NCBI GenBank assembly: GCA_039594295.1
Contig: JBCNNR010000018.1
Coordinates: 15,619-79,618 of the forward strand
From: Bdellovibrio sp.
Lineage (GTDB): Bacteria > Bdellovibrionota > Bdellovibrionia > Bdellovibrionales > Bdellovibrionaceae
Direction: 5' to 3'
Length of the DNA: 64,000 bases
Shown here: positions 38,039-48,087 of the stretch, piece after piece
Layout: the number at the start of each line of letters is the position of its first letter
How positions within the stretch are numbered: the stretch's first letter is position 1
The notes under the pieces: model-generated
Database searches by the model: none
What the model saw: only the letters and a program-made list of their open reading frames with translations
What the model was told of the DNA's origin: nothing
Position numbers and translations under genes: made by a program

Positions 38039-38947
38039 ATGAGTTATAAGGCAGGATTTTTAGGATTAATCGGGCAGCCAAATGCCGGGAAGAGCACGTT
38101 GATGAACTTCCTTGTGGACGAAAAGGTGTCCATCGTCTCCGCGAAGCCGCAGACCACACGCCGTCGTATTTTGGGTATGTGGACTTCAGATGCGGGCCAG
38201 GTTGTGTTCGTGGATGCTCCAGGTTTGATTAAAGCGGATAAAGGATTGAATGCCTTCCTAGCGAAAGAAGCTGATGAAGTTATTAAAAACTCGGACGCCT
38301 TGGTGGCCGTTGTGAGTGTTGATGAAGCAAAGTCTGATGACGCTGAAAAGATCATCAACTTGGTTTCCGGTTCCAGAAAGCCTTGGATCGGTATCGTGAC
38401 GAAAACAGATATCGAAGACAAAGCTCACCGTGTTTTGATTCTTAAAAAAATGATCGAAGAAAAGGGCGGGAAAGCCATTTCCGTTTCTGCAAAAACATAT
38501 GCGAATGACGCCGAAGAGCGCGAAGCGATTTTGATCGAGTGCTTGTCTATTTTGCCGGAATCGCCAGCTCCGCTTTATGATATCGAGCTTTTCACCAATG
38601 AAAATGTTCGTGACATGGTTTGCGAAATCATCCGTGAAAAGTGTTTTGATAATCTTCACCATGAAGTTCCGTACCATATTGCGGTACGTATCATAAAATT
38701 TGATGAAACGGGCGTTATGCCAAAAATTTACGCTGAGATCCTGGTGGCGCGCGAAAGCCAAAAAGCCATTGTGATCGGTAAGGGTGCTTCCGTGATCAAA
38801 CAAATCGGCATGGAAGCTCGTAAAGAGATTGAAAAGTTGGTCGATGGAAAAGTGTTCTTGGATTTGAAAGTTCAAGCAAAACCAGAGTGGTTTGATAATA
38901 AACGTATTATGAAGGAGTTGGGTTATGTCACAGAATCAGAGGACTGA
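38039..38947 (+). CDS. era: GTPase Era
   Basis: G.PNAGKSTL, K.QTTR, D.PG, EIIREK, EVPY, SQK.IVIGK KH domain. Confidence 0.97.
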   Translation: MSYKAGFLGLIGQPNAGKSTLMNFLVDEKVSIVSAKPQTTRRRILGMWTSDAGQVVFVDAPGLIKADKGLNAFLAKEADEVIKNSDALVAVVSVDEAKSDDAEKIINLVSGSRKPWIGIVTKTDIEDKAHRVLILKKMIEEKGGKAISVSAKTYANDAEEREAILIECLSILPESPAPLYDIELFTNENVRDMVCEIIREKCFDNLHHEVPYHIAVRIIKFDETGVMPKIYAEILVARESQKAIVIGKGASVIKQIGMEARKEIEKLVDGKVFLDLKVQAKPEWFDNKRIMKELGYVTESED

Positions 38948-40274
38948 GTTCGCTCCTAAGGTGGCGATCATTGGTCGCCCCAACGTCGGTAAATCGACTC
39001 TTTTCAATATTATCACTGAAACTCGTAAAGCCGTGGTTAAAAACCAGGCGGGCGTTACTCGCGATATCATGATTGAACCCGTGGATATCTGGGGTAAGCA
39101 ATTTGACTTGATCGATACAGGCGGTATCACCGAAGCCGGTGATATCTTTTCCAAATTGATCAAAGAGCAAGTTTCTGAATTCCTTCACTCCGTTGATTAT
39201 ATTATCGCGGTGATGGATGGTCGTGCCGGTTTGATTCCTGAGGACCGTGACATCATCCGTGTGGCAAAACAAACGGGTAAACCGTTCCTTTTGGTTATCA
39301 ATAAAGTCGATAGCTCTCAGGACGAAGAAATTGCGAAAACTGATTTCTATGAATTTGGTGTGGATATTATTTCGGCGGCCTTTGAGCAACGTCGTGGTAT
39401 CGGTCAAATTCTTGAATGGGTTGTCGAGCAAATTCCAGAACAAGAATTCACTTACGATAAAGGGATGAAAATCGCGATCGTGGGTAAACCAAACGTGGGT
39501 AAGAGCTCTATCTGCAATCGCATCCTGGGTGTAAACCGTATGATGGTTTCTGATATCGCCGGGACAACAATTGATGCTGTCGACTCTCCGTTTGTTTATA
39601 ACGGTAAGAACTATACTTTGGTGGATACCGCGGGTTTGCGTAAATCGCGTCGTCGTGAAGAAGATCTTGAGATCATCTCTGCGTTTAAATCCCAAGAGTC
39701 TATTCGTCGTGCAGATTTGATTTTGTTGATGGTTGACGGCACGGTGGGTCCTACGGATCAAGATGCGCGTATTATGCAATCCATTTTGGAAGACCATAAA
39801 GGTGTGATCGTGGTTGCCAATAAATCAGATATTGGTGGCGCGGAAATTCCTGAATACCGCAAAACTTTCCGTGAGCAATGTGAACGCGTATTCCACTTTT
39901 TCACGGACGTGAATGTGGTGTTTACAAGTGCTAAATCCGGTCAGGGTATTGATGACTTGTTCGAGATGATTGAAAAAGTCTCTGAACAAATCAACTTCCG
40001 TATCCCGACTCGCGAAATGAATGATTTCTTCTTTGAGACGATTCGAAAAACTCCAGCTCCGGTTTGGGGAACGACGAACGTGAAGTTCTATTACGTGACT
40101 CAGACTTATCAACGTCCTCCGGCGTTTATCGCGTTTGCGAATCACCCGGATGGCGTGACCAATTCATATCGTCGCTTCTTGATTAAACACATCAAGGAAA
40201 AATGGGATCTTCATGGTTTGCCGATCCGTATTTTCTGTATGAAATCTCGCCGTGGTGCGAACATCGAGGAATAA
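38925..40274 (+). CDS. der: Ribosome biogenesis GTPase Der (EngA)
   Basis: Two tandem G domains (GRPNVGKSTLFN; GKPNVGKSS) and a C-terminal KH-like domain (PP.F..F.N). Confidence 0.97.
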   Translation: MSQNQRTEFAPKVAIIGRPNVGKSTLFNIITETRKAVVKNQAGVTRDIMIEPVDIWGKQFDLIDTGGITEAGDIFSKLIKEQVSEFLHSVDYIIAVMDGRAGLIPEDRDIIRVAKQTGKPFLLVINKVDSSQDEEIAKTDFYEFGVDIISAAFEQRRGIGQILEWVVEQIPEQEFTYDKGMKIAIVGKPNVGKSSICNRILGVNRMMVSDIAGTTIDAVDSPFVYNGKNYTLVDTAGLRKSRRREEDLEIISAFKSQESIRRADLILLMVDGTVGPTDQDARIMQSILEDHKGVIVVANKSDIGGAEIPEYRKTFREQCERVFHFFTDVNVVFTSAKSGQGIDDLFEMIEKVSEQINFRIPTREMNDFFFETIRKTPAPVWGTTNVKFYYVTQTYQRPPAFIAFANHPDGVTNSYRRFLIKHIKEKWDLHGLPIRIFCMKSRRGANIEE

Positions 40275-41644
40275 TGCTTAAGCGCGGCTCGTGGAGAACA
40301 CGTTTTGGATTTTATCTTTTGGCCGTGGGCTCTGCCTGCGGTCTGGGTAATCTCTGGCGTTTTCCCTACGTGGTGGGTGAAAACGGGGGCGGAGCTTTTA
40401 TCCTGCTTTACGTTTTTCTTGCTTTGGCCGTGGGCGCTCCGCTTTTGATTGCCGAGTTGATGTTGGGTAAAAACACCCGTCGCTCGGTGATTGTGGCCAC
40501 AGATATGATGGGCCAGAATGCCAAGCTCCCACTTCGCTGGGTGGGGCGTCTGGCCGTTTTAGTGACCGTGGTCGTGTTTTCTTATTACGCCGTGATCAGC
40601 GGTTGGGTTCTGCATTTCATGACCCAATTCTTTATTTCTCTGTTTCTGGATGTCGAGGGGGCTGCCAACAAAACCAATCTGGCAGCTTTGATGTCGAACG
40701 GGTGGTTGCAGGTGATGCTCGCAAGTGCGCACATCCTGATCACCGTTGTCGTTGTTTTAAAAGGTGTTCAAGAAGGTTTGGAGAAGTGGATCAGTTATAT
40801 GATGCCACTGTTTGCGGCGCTGGTGGCGATCTTGCTATTTAAATCTTTCTCGTTGCCATCCACTCCCGAAGTTATGCGCTTCCTTTTTTATCCTGATTTC
40901 TCCAAGCTGACTTTGTCGTCATTGGGGCATGCTTTGGGGCATGTGTTCTTTACGCTCTCGGTGGGCTTTGGAACGATGGTGACATTTGGTTCTTATCTGC
41001 GCGAGGAAGACCATGTTCCGACGGCAGGTTTCCGTGTGGCCTTGGTGGATACTTTGATTTCGTTATTGGCCGTGGTGATGATCTTTCCCGTGGCTTTCCA
41101 GGCGTCCAATGTGCCGTTAACGGATCCGGCTTTGATGTTCGAAGTTTTGCCAAGATACCTTCTGGGAATTCCAGGTGGAGCCTTGTTTGGACTGGCTTTC
41201 TTTGTTTGTCTTTATCTCGCAGCCTTGAATGCCAGTATCGGCTTGCTGGAAGTTGTGGTTTCGAATCTGGTGGATAGAAATAAAAAAATGGAACGTCAGA
41301 AGGCCACGTGGCTTTCTGGTGCTGCGGCTTTGGCGTTGGCTGTTTTACCGGCTTTATCGAGCTCTGTGCTTAAAACAGTGCGTATTAACGGACGTTCATT
41401 GATTGAGTCTCTGGATTCGTTATTGATCAATTGGTTGTTGCCATTGGTAGCGCTGGGGATTTTGTGGGCCTTTTATAAAGGCACTTCTGAAAAAGAAAAA
41501 GAGACGAGCTTCATCGATCGCGAGAAGTTCGTCAGCTATTCCATGTATTCGCATTGGATTGTGATCTTAAAGTGGATCGCACCTGCGGTGATCCTGATCG
41601 GATTCCTGTTGCAGGTGGTGGCGTTATTCCAGAACGTCTATTAG
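40274..41644 (+). CDS. Sodium-dependent transporter, NSS/SNF (LeuT-like) family
   Basis: R.GF.L.AVGSA.GLGNLWRFPY..GENGGGAF, SYY.VI.GW, FFTLS.G.G.M.T.GSY. ATG overlaps the der stop. Confidence 0.93.
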   Translation: MLKRGSWRTRFGFYLLAVGSACGLGNLWRFPYVVGENGGGAFILLYVFLALAVGAPLLIAELMLGKNTRRSVIVATDMMGQNAKLPLRWVGRLAVLVTVVVFSYYAVISGWVLHFMTQFFISLFLDVEGAANKTNLAALMSNGWLQVMLASAHILITVVVVLKGVQEGLEKWISYMMPLFAALVAILLFKSFSLPSTPEVMRFLFYPDFSKLTLSSLGHALGHVFFTLSVGFGTMVTFGSYLREEDHVPTAGFRVALVDTLISLLAVVMIFPVAFQASNVPLTDPALMFEVLPRYLLGIPGGALFGLAFFVCLYLAALNASIGLLEVVVSNLVDRNKKMERQKATWLSGAAALALAVLPALSSSVLKTVRINGRSLIESLDSLLINWLLPLVALGILWAFYKGTSEKEKETSFIDREKFVSYSMYSHWIVILKWIAPAVILIGFLLQVVALFQNVY

Positions 41645-42423
41645 AAGTTCATCCCTAAAATGAACGTAAAGTCATAGAAGTCACCGGAAAGGTTCTTTTC
41701 CAGCTTCTCAGTGCCTTGGACGTAAGATTTATTTTCATCCGAGAAATTCACATAGTGATAAGCCGCCTGAAGGCCCAGATAGGCTTTCTTACGCATCAAT
41801 GGGATCTCTACACCGGCACCGATATCAAAACCCATGGTCGAGTCACGAGAGTAAGAGTCGATACCAGAGATTGTGTAGGTGCGATAGAACTGACCCAGAC
41901 CACCTAAGATGTAGGGATTTAGATCCGCCAATCCGCGCGTGACGTTTTGTGTGTTCAAGTAGTACTTTAAGTCAAAATTGATCGAGGTGATTGACACGTT
42001 ACCAGTATAGTTCGTCACATTTCCGGCGTTTAAGGTCGAAAACTTCACCGCGTGGTCACCGGTTTGGAATCCCAAAGTCAGGGCCAAACGAAGATCGAAG
42101 AAATAACTTAAGAACAAACCGAAAGAAGGCGCTGCCGAGTATTGGTCAGCAAAGTTGCCGGTAAAGCCCGTGTAACCACCAGCAAGACCGACGGTAAAGA
42201 AGCGACCGTTGCGGAAGAAGTTGACGTCCGCTTCCTCGTCAGAATCTTCATCAAATTCAGAGTAATCAGAGAAGGGGTCGAAGGCCTCGTCTGGATCATT
42301 TTGGGCGATAAGATAATGTTTTTGATCCGAGCTTTGGGCATGAGAGTGCAAAGGTAAAAGTACTCCCGCAGCCAACAATAAAGCCAGAAGGCCAGAATGT
42401 AGAATATTTCCGGTGGTTTTCAC
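41641..42423 (-). CDS. Outer-membrane beta-barrel protein (8-strand OMP type) with acidic N-terminal extension
   Basis: Signal peptide ending SHA/Q; NPY..GGLG, G...GAGVE strands; C-terminal LGMNF. Confidence 0.8.
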   Translation of the reverse strand: MKTTGNILHSGLLALLLAAGVLLPLHSHAQSSDQKHYLIAQNDPDEAFDPFSDYSEFDEDSDEEADVNFFRNGRFFTVGLAGGYTGFTGNFADQYSAAPSFGLFLSYFFDLRLALTLGFQTGDHAVKFSTLNAGNVTNYTGNVSITSINFDLKYYLNTQNVTRGLADLNPYILGGLGQFYRTYTISGIDSYSRDSTMGFDIGAGVEIPLMRKKAYLGLQAAYHYVNFSDENKSYVQGTEKLEKNLSGDFYDFTFILGMNF

Positions 42424-42532
42424 AGTTCCCCCTAAGATTATTATCGAGTGAAACTGTCAAAAACTTCAGGGAAATTTGTCAAATCCGCTCGTTCAGTGAG
42501 ACAGTGTCTCAGAGTGAAACACTGTCGATCTT

Positions 42533-43138
42533 CTAGAGAGGTTCGTTGAGTGCTTTTTCGATAGCCTCAACAATTTTATCAGAGGAAGGTTTGGTAATCG
42601 AGGTCCAGCGATCCACAACCTGTCCCTTGCGATTCACTAAAAACTTCTCAAAATTCCAACTCACATCTTTAAAAATCAACCCCGGTTTTTGCTCTGTCAA
42701 AAACTGATAAACCGGTTGTTTATCTTTCCCAGTTACTGGTGCCTTATCAAAAAACGGAAACGTACATCCATACTCTTTTTTAGCAAAAGATTGAACCTCG
42801 GTATTGTCACCTTTCTCCTGCTTGAAATCATTCGAAGGAAAAGCCAAAACCACAAATCCACGATCCGCATACTTTTTGTAAAGCATCTCCAGATCCTTCA
42901 ATTGCGGAGTAAACCCACACTGAGAAGCCGTATTAACAACCAAAATCACTTTCCCACGATAAGTAGAAAAATGAACCTTCTTCCCAGAAATATCATTCGC
43001 CGAAAGCTCAAAAAAATTCCCCGGCTTACTCTCCGAAGAACCCTTATCCGGCGCCGAATCCGCCGCCTTCCCAACTGAAATTCCAAACAAACTCAAAAAC
43101 ATAGAAGTTACAATGAAAGCAGAAAAAGAACGAAACAT
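42533..43138 (-). CDS. Glutathione peroxidase family protein with signal peptide
   Basis: GKV.LVVNTASQCGFTPQ, FP.N.F..QE, WNFEKFLV motifs. Confidence 0.93.
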   Translation of the reverse strand: MFRSFSAFIVTSMFLSLFGISVGKAADSAPDKGSSESKPGNFFELSANDISGKKVHFSTYRGKVILVVNTASQCGFTPQLKDLEMLYKKYADRGFVVLAFPSNDFKQEKGDNTEVQSFAKKEYGCTFPFFDKAPVTGKDKQPVYQFLTEQKPGLIFKDVSWNFEKFLVNRKGQVVDRWTSITKPSSDKIVEAIEKALNEPL

Positions 43139-43255
43139 AACATCTCCAAGAAATGAGATTTTAAAATCACCAACAAATCATCACCCTAACCCCGAACGAA
43201 AACAACTCCAATGAAGCACCCGCATTGACAAAACTGCTAAATAAAACAGCACCTC

Positions 43256-43390
43256 GTAGGGCGAAGCTCTGTGGGGAAGGGGATGCAGTGACCTCCGTCG
43301 GCGCAGGATGCGCGAACCGGCAAAGCCGGCGACGGTGAGCCAAGGATGGCTGTCACGGAATCCCCTTCCCCACAGAGCTTCGCCCGCTAC
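43256..43390. repeat. GTAG-terminated REPIN/MITE-like palindromic element (135 bp)
   Basis: Arms GTAGGGCGAAGCTCTGTGGGGAAGGGGAT... and ...ATCCCCTTCCCCACAGAGCTTCGCCCGCTAC; internal hairpins GCGCA-GGA-TGCGC, CCGGC-AAA-GCCGG, AGCCA-AGGA-TGGCT. Confidence 0.8.
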
Positions 43391-43503
43391 CCAGAGCTAT
43401 TTAAGAAGGCAGTTTTTCCAATGTCGCGGTGCGAATCTTTGACTTGGGAGGTGTTCGAATTTCTAATTGATTTGAATACTTAGCTAAGTTTTGGAGTGTC
43501 TAG

Positions 43504-44805
43504 ATGGAGCTGCGCAGTCCGATCGTCATAGTGTCCGCTTTCGGCCGAGGTCATTGGTTGGCCGCCGCACTTTCGCGCGAAGGAATTAAGACGACTGTTC
43601 TTGATGTGTCTTCGAAACTTGGCGTGTGGCCCTCGGAAGACCTCGAAGGTCCTTTTGGTTTTTTCCGCAACGAAAGAATTTCTGAATCACAAATGGAGCG
43701 CTTGTACTCCGATGATTCTTTCGAAGAATTGCACAATGGTTTCACCATGTGGTTGCCGGAGGGACCTCTTGAATGCAAAGGTCCTTTGACAAAATTCAAA
43801 GTCGACAATTCTGATCTGGTTCCGCAAGTGAAAGATGTTTTGCTGTCGAATGCTCCTGATAAATTACAACGAGCTGTCAGTCGCAACGTCACATCTTTTG
43901 AATTTGAACAAAGCTGGCTTTTACATTTCGCCCATCAATGGGCGGGAACAACTTTTAAACCCAATGCACTGGCTGCCACCGAAGGGGAGGCACTGCCGAT
44001 CTTTTCTTCATTCCTGGTTCGTCAGGCGACGCGTGATGGTTTAGAGAAATCCTTTGCGTGGTTACGCGACAAAGGTGTCGAAGTTATTCAGCCGCAAAAG
44101 ATAGTGGATGCTTCATTCGGTGCAGGCAAAACAGTGACGGGTCTTGAGATCGCTGGTGAAAATCAAGGTCTTTTGAAGTTGGAACAGCTGGTGTGGATGC
44201 TTTCCAGCGAGGAGACGTATTTCTTAAACGAGCGTTTGGGGAAATATCTTTTTAGCGAAGGTCCGCTGGAATCGGAGTGGTGTTGGGTTCGTTACCGCGT
44301 GTCTTTGCAGACTTGCACGGAGCGCGATGCTCTTCCACTTCATACGGTGCTTTTGGATGATGTGAACTCGCCGTGGACTCATGAAAACATGATGGTCTTG
44401 CAAAGAACTTCTTCAGCTGAACAGTTTGACGTGTGGATGCGCATGCCGACAGTTCAACGTTTCAACAAGGAATATCTCACCAGCCGGAGCATGCGTATGA
44501 AGGATATTTTACTTCGTCGTATGTCTTTGGCGCAGCCGGAAGTTTTAAGCTTCCCTCAAGAATACTATTACACTTATGCACAACTGGGAGCTCCGCGCTT
44601 TCCGGTGTTTTCGGCAAAACACTCTTCACGTCGTGGCAGAGTGGCCTATGGAAACCTTCATCTGGATGGTCCAGAAGTGTGGCCTCATTATTCGTGGACG
44701 GCGATGTTTGCGCGCAATGAAATCTCACAGATGCACATTCAAAACTGGTGGAAAGAAAAACTTCTGAAAGAGCAAAAAGAGAAACGAAAGGAAGCCGGTC
44801 AGTGA
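43504..44805 (+). CDS. Conserved hypothetical protein with degenerate FAD/NAD Rossmann-like N-terminus
   Basis: IVIVSAFGRGHWLAAAL...G.KT.VLD has the beta-alpha-beta spacing of a dinucleotide fold but lacks GxGxxG; stop overlaps the purB start. Confidence 0.6.
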   Translation: MELRSPIVIVSAFGRGHWLAAALSREGIKTTVLDVSSKLGVWPSEDLEGPFGFFRNERISESQMERLYSDDSFEELHNGFTMWLPEGPLECKGPLTKFKVDNSDLVPQVKDVLLSNAPDKLQRAVSRNVTSFEFEQSWLLHFAHQWAGTTFKPNALAATEGEALPIFSSFLVRQATRDGLEKSFAWLRDKGVEVIQPQKIVDASFGAGKTVTGLEIAGENQGLLKLEQLVWMLSSEETYFLNERLGKYLFSEGPLESEWCWVRYRVSLQTCTERDALPLHTVLLDDVNSPWTHENMMVLQRTSSAEQFDVWMRMPTVQRFNKEYLTSRSMRMKDILLRRMSLAQPEVLSFPQEYYYTYAQLGAPRFPVFSAKHSSRRGRVAYGNLHLDGPEVWPHYSWTAMFARNEISQMHIQNWWKEKLLKEQKEKRKEAGQ

Positions 44806-46091
44806 TCGAACGTTACACGCGCCCCGAGATGGGCCTTATTTGGGATGCAGATCAACGATTTGGCAAGATGATGCAAGTTGAAATCACGGTGGCGCAGGTT
44901 CAGGCTCAATTGGGTTTGATTCCAAAAGTGGCAGCCAAGGCAATTGCACAAAAAGCTCGCTTTAGTGTAAAGCGCATCTCTGAAATTGAAAAAGAAACCA
45001 AGCATGATGTGATCGCGTTCGTCAGCAATGTTGCTGAAAATGTCGGGCCTCATGGCAAATACATCCACTTCGGCATGACATCTTCGGATGTTTTAGATAC
45101 CGCATTCAGTTTGCAAGTGCGTGAAGCCGGGCAAGTGTTGATGGGATCCATCGTGCGCATGGAAAAATCTCTCCAAGCATTGGTAAAAAAGCACGCGGAA
45201 ACCATGTGTGCAGGTCGTACACATGGAATGTTTGCCGAGCCAACGACATTCGGTTTTAAAATGGCGGGATTCTTAACTGAACTTCGTCGTAATAAAAAGC
45301 GTGTGAAAGATGCTTTGGAAAATATGAACATCTGCAAGCTGAGTGGTGCGGTGGGAACATTCTCCAGTCAGTCACCTAAAGTTGAAGCAATGGTGGCGCG
45401 TAAGCTGGGTTTAAAGCCTGAGCCGATTGCGACCCAGGTGATTCCTCGTGATCGCCATGCCGAAATGATATTGTCTTTGGCAATGATTGGAACAGGTCTT
45501 GAGCGTCTGGCGGTGGAGCTTCGTCATTTGCAACGCAGTGATGTGGGGGAAGTGACGGAAGGATTTACCAAAGGGCAAAAAGGTTCGTCAGCGATGCCTC
45601 ATAAGAAAAATCCTATCAGCGCTGAAAATATCACGGGGCTGTCTCGTTTGCTTCGTGGATATGCCGTGGCAGCCATGGAAGATGTGGCTTTGTGGCATGA
45701 GCGTGATATCAGCCACTCGTCGGTTGAGCGTGTGATTTTTCCGGACGCCTTTATTGTGGCGGATTATGCGATTCACCGCATGAGCATTTTGCTTGATGGT
45801 TTGGAAGTGAATAAAAAGCGCATGCTGGATAATATCGAAAGTTCGCAAGGACAGCTGTTTAGTTCTCATGTGCTGTTGGCCTTGGTTGCTAAAGGCATGC
45901 GCCGCGAAGATGCCTATGCTTTGGTGCAAAGACTTTGTCATACCTTGGGTTATGGCGAACATTTGAAAGACAAACTCATGGGCAGCGATGAAGCTCGCGA
46001 GCTTTTAAAGCCGAAGGAGATCGAAGAGATCTTTGCCGGCAAGAAGCACAAAAAGTCTATCAAAGATATTATCAAGAGAGTGAAAGTCTAA
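44802..46091 (+). CDS. purB: Adenylosuccinate lyase
   Basis: MIERYTRPEM (GTG 44802), T.HDV.AF, H.G.TSSD..DTA, GRTHG..AEPTTFG, GSSAMPHK.NP, WHERDISHSS.ER. Confidence 0.97.
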   Translation: MIERYTRPEMGLIWDADQRFGKMMQVEITVAQVQAQLGLIPKVAAKAIAQKARFSVKRISEIEKETKHDVIAFVSNVAENVGPHGKYIHFGMTSSDVLDTAFSLQVREAGQVLMGSIVRMEKSLQALVKKHAETMCAGRTHGMFAEPTTFGFKMAGFLTELRRNKKRVKDALENMNICKLSGAVGTFSSQSPKVEAMVARKLGLKPEPIATQVIPRDRHAEMILSLAMIGTGLERLAVELRHLQRSDVGEVTEGFTKGQKGSSAMPHKKNPISAENITGLSRLLRGYAVAAMEDVALWHERDISHSSVERVIFPDAFIVADYAIHRMSILLDGLEVNKKRMLDNIESSQGQLFSSHVLLALVAKGMRREDAYALVQRLCHTLGYGEHLKDKLMGSDEARELLKPKEIEEIFAGKKHKKSIKDIIKRVKV

Positions 46092-46092
46092 A

Positions 46093-47025
46093 ATGGCGCG
46101 TTGGAAGTTTTTGCAAGAAGGCGATGTGATTGATGTGGTGGCTCCGGGCTATCCATCGCAGCCTCATGAGGTGGAAGGATCTCGGGATTTCCTTTTAAAG
46201 TGGAATCTGGTTCCGCGTATTCCTAAAAATATCATCAAGCCTCATTTTCTTCATGCCAATGAAGATCAAGCTCGTTTTGATTTTTTAAAAGCAGCTATTG
46301 AGGCCAAAGATTCCAAGGTGATTTGGGCCATGCGTGGCGGATACGGAAGCAATCGCCTGCTACCGATGCTCGCCAAACTTAAAAAGCCTAAAGAAGCAAA
46401 ACTATTGATTGGAATCAGTGACATCTCGTCCTTGCACACCTTTTTCACTCAGGAATGGGGTTGGAGCACATTGCATGCTCCATTGTTGGATCGTCTGGGA
46501 CGTGGCTTAGTCGAGCCAAAATTTGAAAAGGAATTGCATTCTATTCTTTTTGGCCAGCAAGTGAATATTGAATTTAAAAAATTGAAACCACTGAATGATC
46601 AGGCACGTAACATAAAACTTTTAAAGTCACGTGTTGTTGGTGGCAATCTGTCTGTCTTACAAACCACTTTGGGAACTCCTTGGCAAATCGATGCCAGGAA
46701 GTCATTGTTGTTTCTTGAGGACTGGGGTGAGCGCGGGTATCGCATTGATAAAATGCTGGAACATATGCGCCAGACGGGCGTGTTTAAACAATGCCACGGA
46801 TTGATTTTGGGAGATTTCCTTGGTGGTCACGAGCCCGGCACTGATCAAAATAATTTTAAACAAGTATTTAAGCGTTGGTCTGAAGATTTAGATCTTCCCA
46901 TCTTTCAGGGATTGGAAGCGGGCCATGGCGTTGTTCAACGACCAGTACCTTTTAACACTTCATGCGTTCTGACTCAAAAGAACGGCAAGGTGCTGCTCAG
47001 TATCGATACGGGAGGAAAAGCGTAA
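46093..47025 (+). CDS. ldcA: LD-carboxypeptidase (peptidase S66)
   Basis: RGGYGS.R, G.SD.S.L, GGNLS.L, LFLED.GE..YRID.ML, GH. Confidence 0.9.
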   Translation: MARWKFLQEGDVIDVVAPGYPSQPHEVEGSRDFLLKWNLVPRIPKNIIKPHFLHANEDQARFDFLKAAIEAKDSKVIWAMRGGYGSNRLLPMLAKLKKPKEAKLLIGISDISSLHTFFTQEWGWSTLHAPLLDRLGRGLVEPKFEKELHSILFGQQVNIEFKKLKPLNDQARNIKLLKSRVVGGNLSVLQTTLGTPWQIDARKSLLFLEDWGERGYRIDKMLEHMRQTGVFKQCHGLILGDFLGGHEPGTDQNNFKQVFKRWSEDLDLPIFQGLEAGHGVVQRPVPFNTSCVLTQKNGKVLLSIDTGGKA

Positions 47026-48086
47026 TGAAATTTTCAGTTCTGGAAAAGAATCTGATTTCGCAATTGGAGGATCGCATCCGCGACACCACGCCTGGGGTGA
47101 TGGTGCGTGCTTATCAGGGTGGTCGTATTATTTGTGACGTTGCTGTCGGTAACACCTACGCTTATTACGATTTGGCGAGTGTGACCAAAGTCATCTTTAC
47201 TCAGCAAGCGATGATGTATGCCTATGAGTTGGGTAAATGGAATTTTGAAACCAAAGTTTCTCAATTCTTGCCATGGTTTCCGTCGACAGAAACTAAAATC
47301 ACCGAGCTTTTGACTCACAGTTCAGGTTTGCCTTGGTGGATGCCATTCTATCAAGAGATCAATATGAATTTGTCTTTGGAGAAACGTCGCGATCAGTTGC
47401 GCGATATCATCAAGGGTTTGAAACTTGAGAAAAGCGAAACGGCGGTTTATTCCGACGTGGGTTTCCTGGTTTTGGGTTATATCCTTGAGGTGATTTTTGA
47501 AAAGCCGCTTTTGGATGTTTGGACGGACACTAAGAATAAATTCTATGCAGGGACGACTTTGGAGTTCCACCCGAACAACATGACGAACACCAAAATCTCG
47601 TTGTTTGCACCCACAGAAGAATGCCCGGTTCGTAAAAAACTGGTGCAAGGCGAGGTCCATGACTTGAATGCGTGGTCTTTTGGTGGTGTTTCCACTCACG
47701 CGGGTCTTTTCGGAAGCATTGATGACCTGGGTTGGTATTCACTTCATCTGCGTTCGCAGCTTTTGGGGATCGCAAGATACAGCATTCGTCAAAAGACGGC
47801 GCAACTGTTTGCAAAACGAGCGTTACCTGAAGGGAAAGGTGACTGGGCTATGGGCTATATGATGCCAACACCAGGTGCTGCAAGCTGTGGCAGTTATTTC
47901 TCGTTGGATTCTATTGGGCATACAGGGTTCACTGGAACATCGATTTGGTATGATCCTAAGATGGATATGAGTGTGAATATTCTTTCGAATCGAGTTTTGT
48001 ACGGTTCAGAGAACAAGGCCTTTGCAAAATTGCGTTCCGACATTCACAATTGGATTGTTGAAAATTATCGCAGAAGCGGAGTTTAA
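47025..48086 (+). CDS. Serine hydrolase, beta-lactamase/AmpH (PBP-like) family
   Basis: YDLASVTK (SxxK), LLTHSSGL, YSDVGF, G..HAGLF, GHTGFTGT. ATG overlaps the ldcA stop. Confidence 0.9.
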   Translation: MKFSVLEKNLISQLEDRIRDTTPGVMVRAYQGGRIICDVAVGNTYAYYDLASVTKVIFTQQAMMYAYELGKWNFETKVSQFLPWFPSTETKITELLTHSSGLPWWMPFYQEINMNLSLEKRRDQLRDIIKGLKLEKSETAVYSDVGFLVLGYILEVIFEKPLLDVWTDTKNKFYAGTTLEFHPNNMTNTKISLFAPTEECPVRKKLVQGEVHDLNAWSFGGVSTHAGLFGSIDDLGWYSLHLRSQLLGIARYSIRQKTAQLFAKRALPEGKGDWAMGYMMPTPGAASCGSYFSLDSIGHTGFTGTSIWYDPKMDMSVNILSNRVLYGSENKAFAKLRSDIHNWIVENYRRSGV

Positions 48087-48087
48087 G

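Noticed and set aside
42445-42475. Sigma28-like promoter for the OMP gene (TGAAG-N15-CTCGATAA, minus strand)
   Set aside because: Both boxes and the spacing deviate from the cleaner site at 19768; too weak to call.
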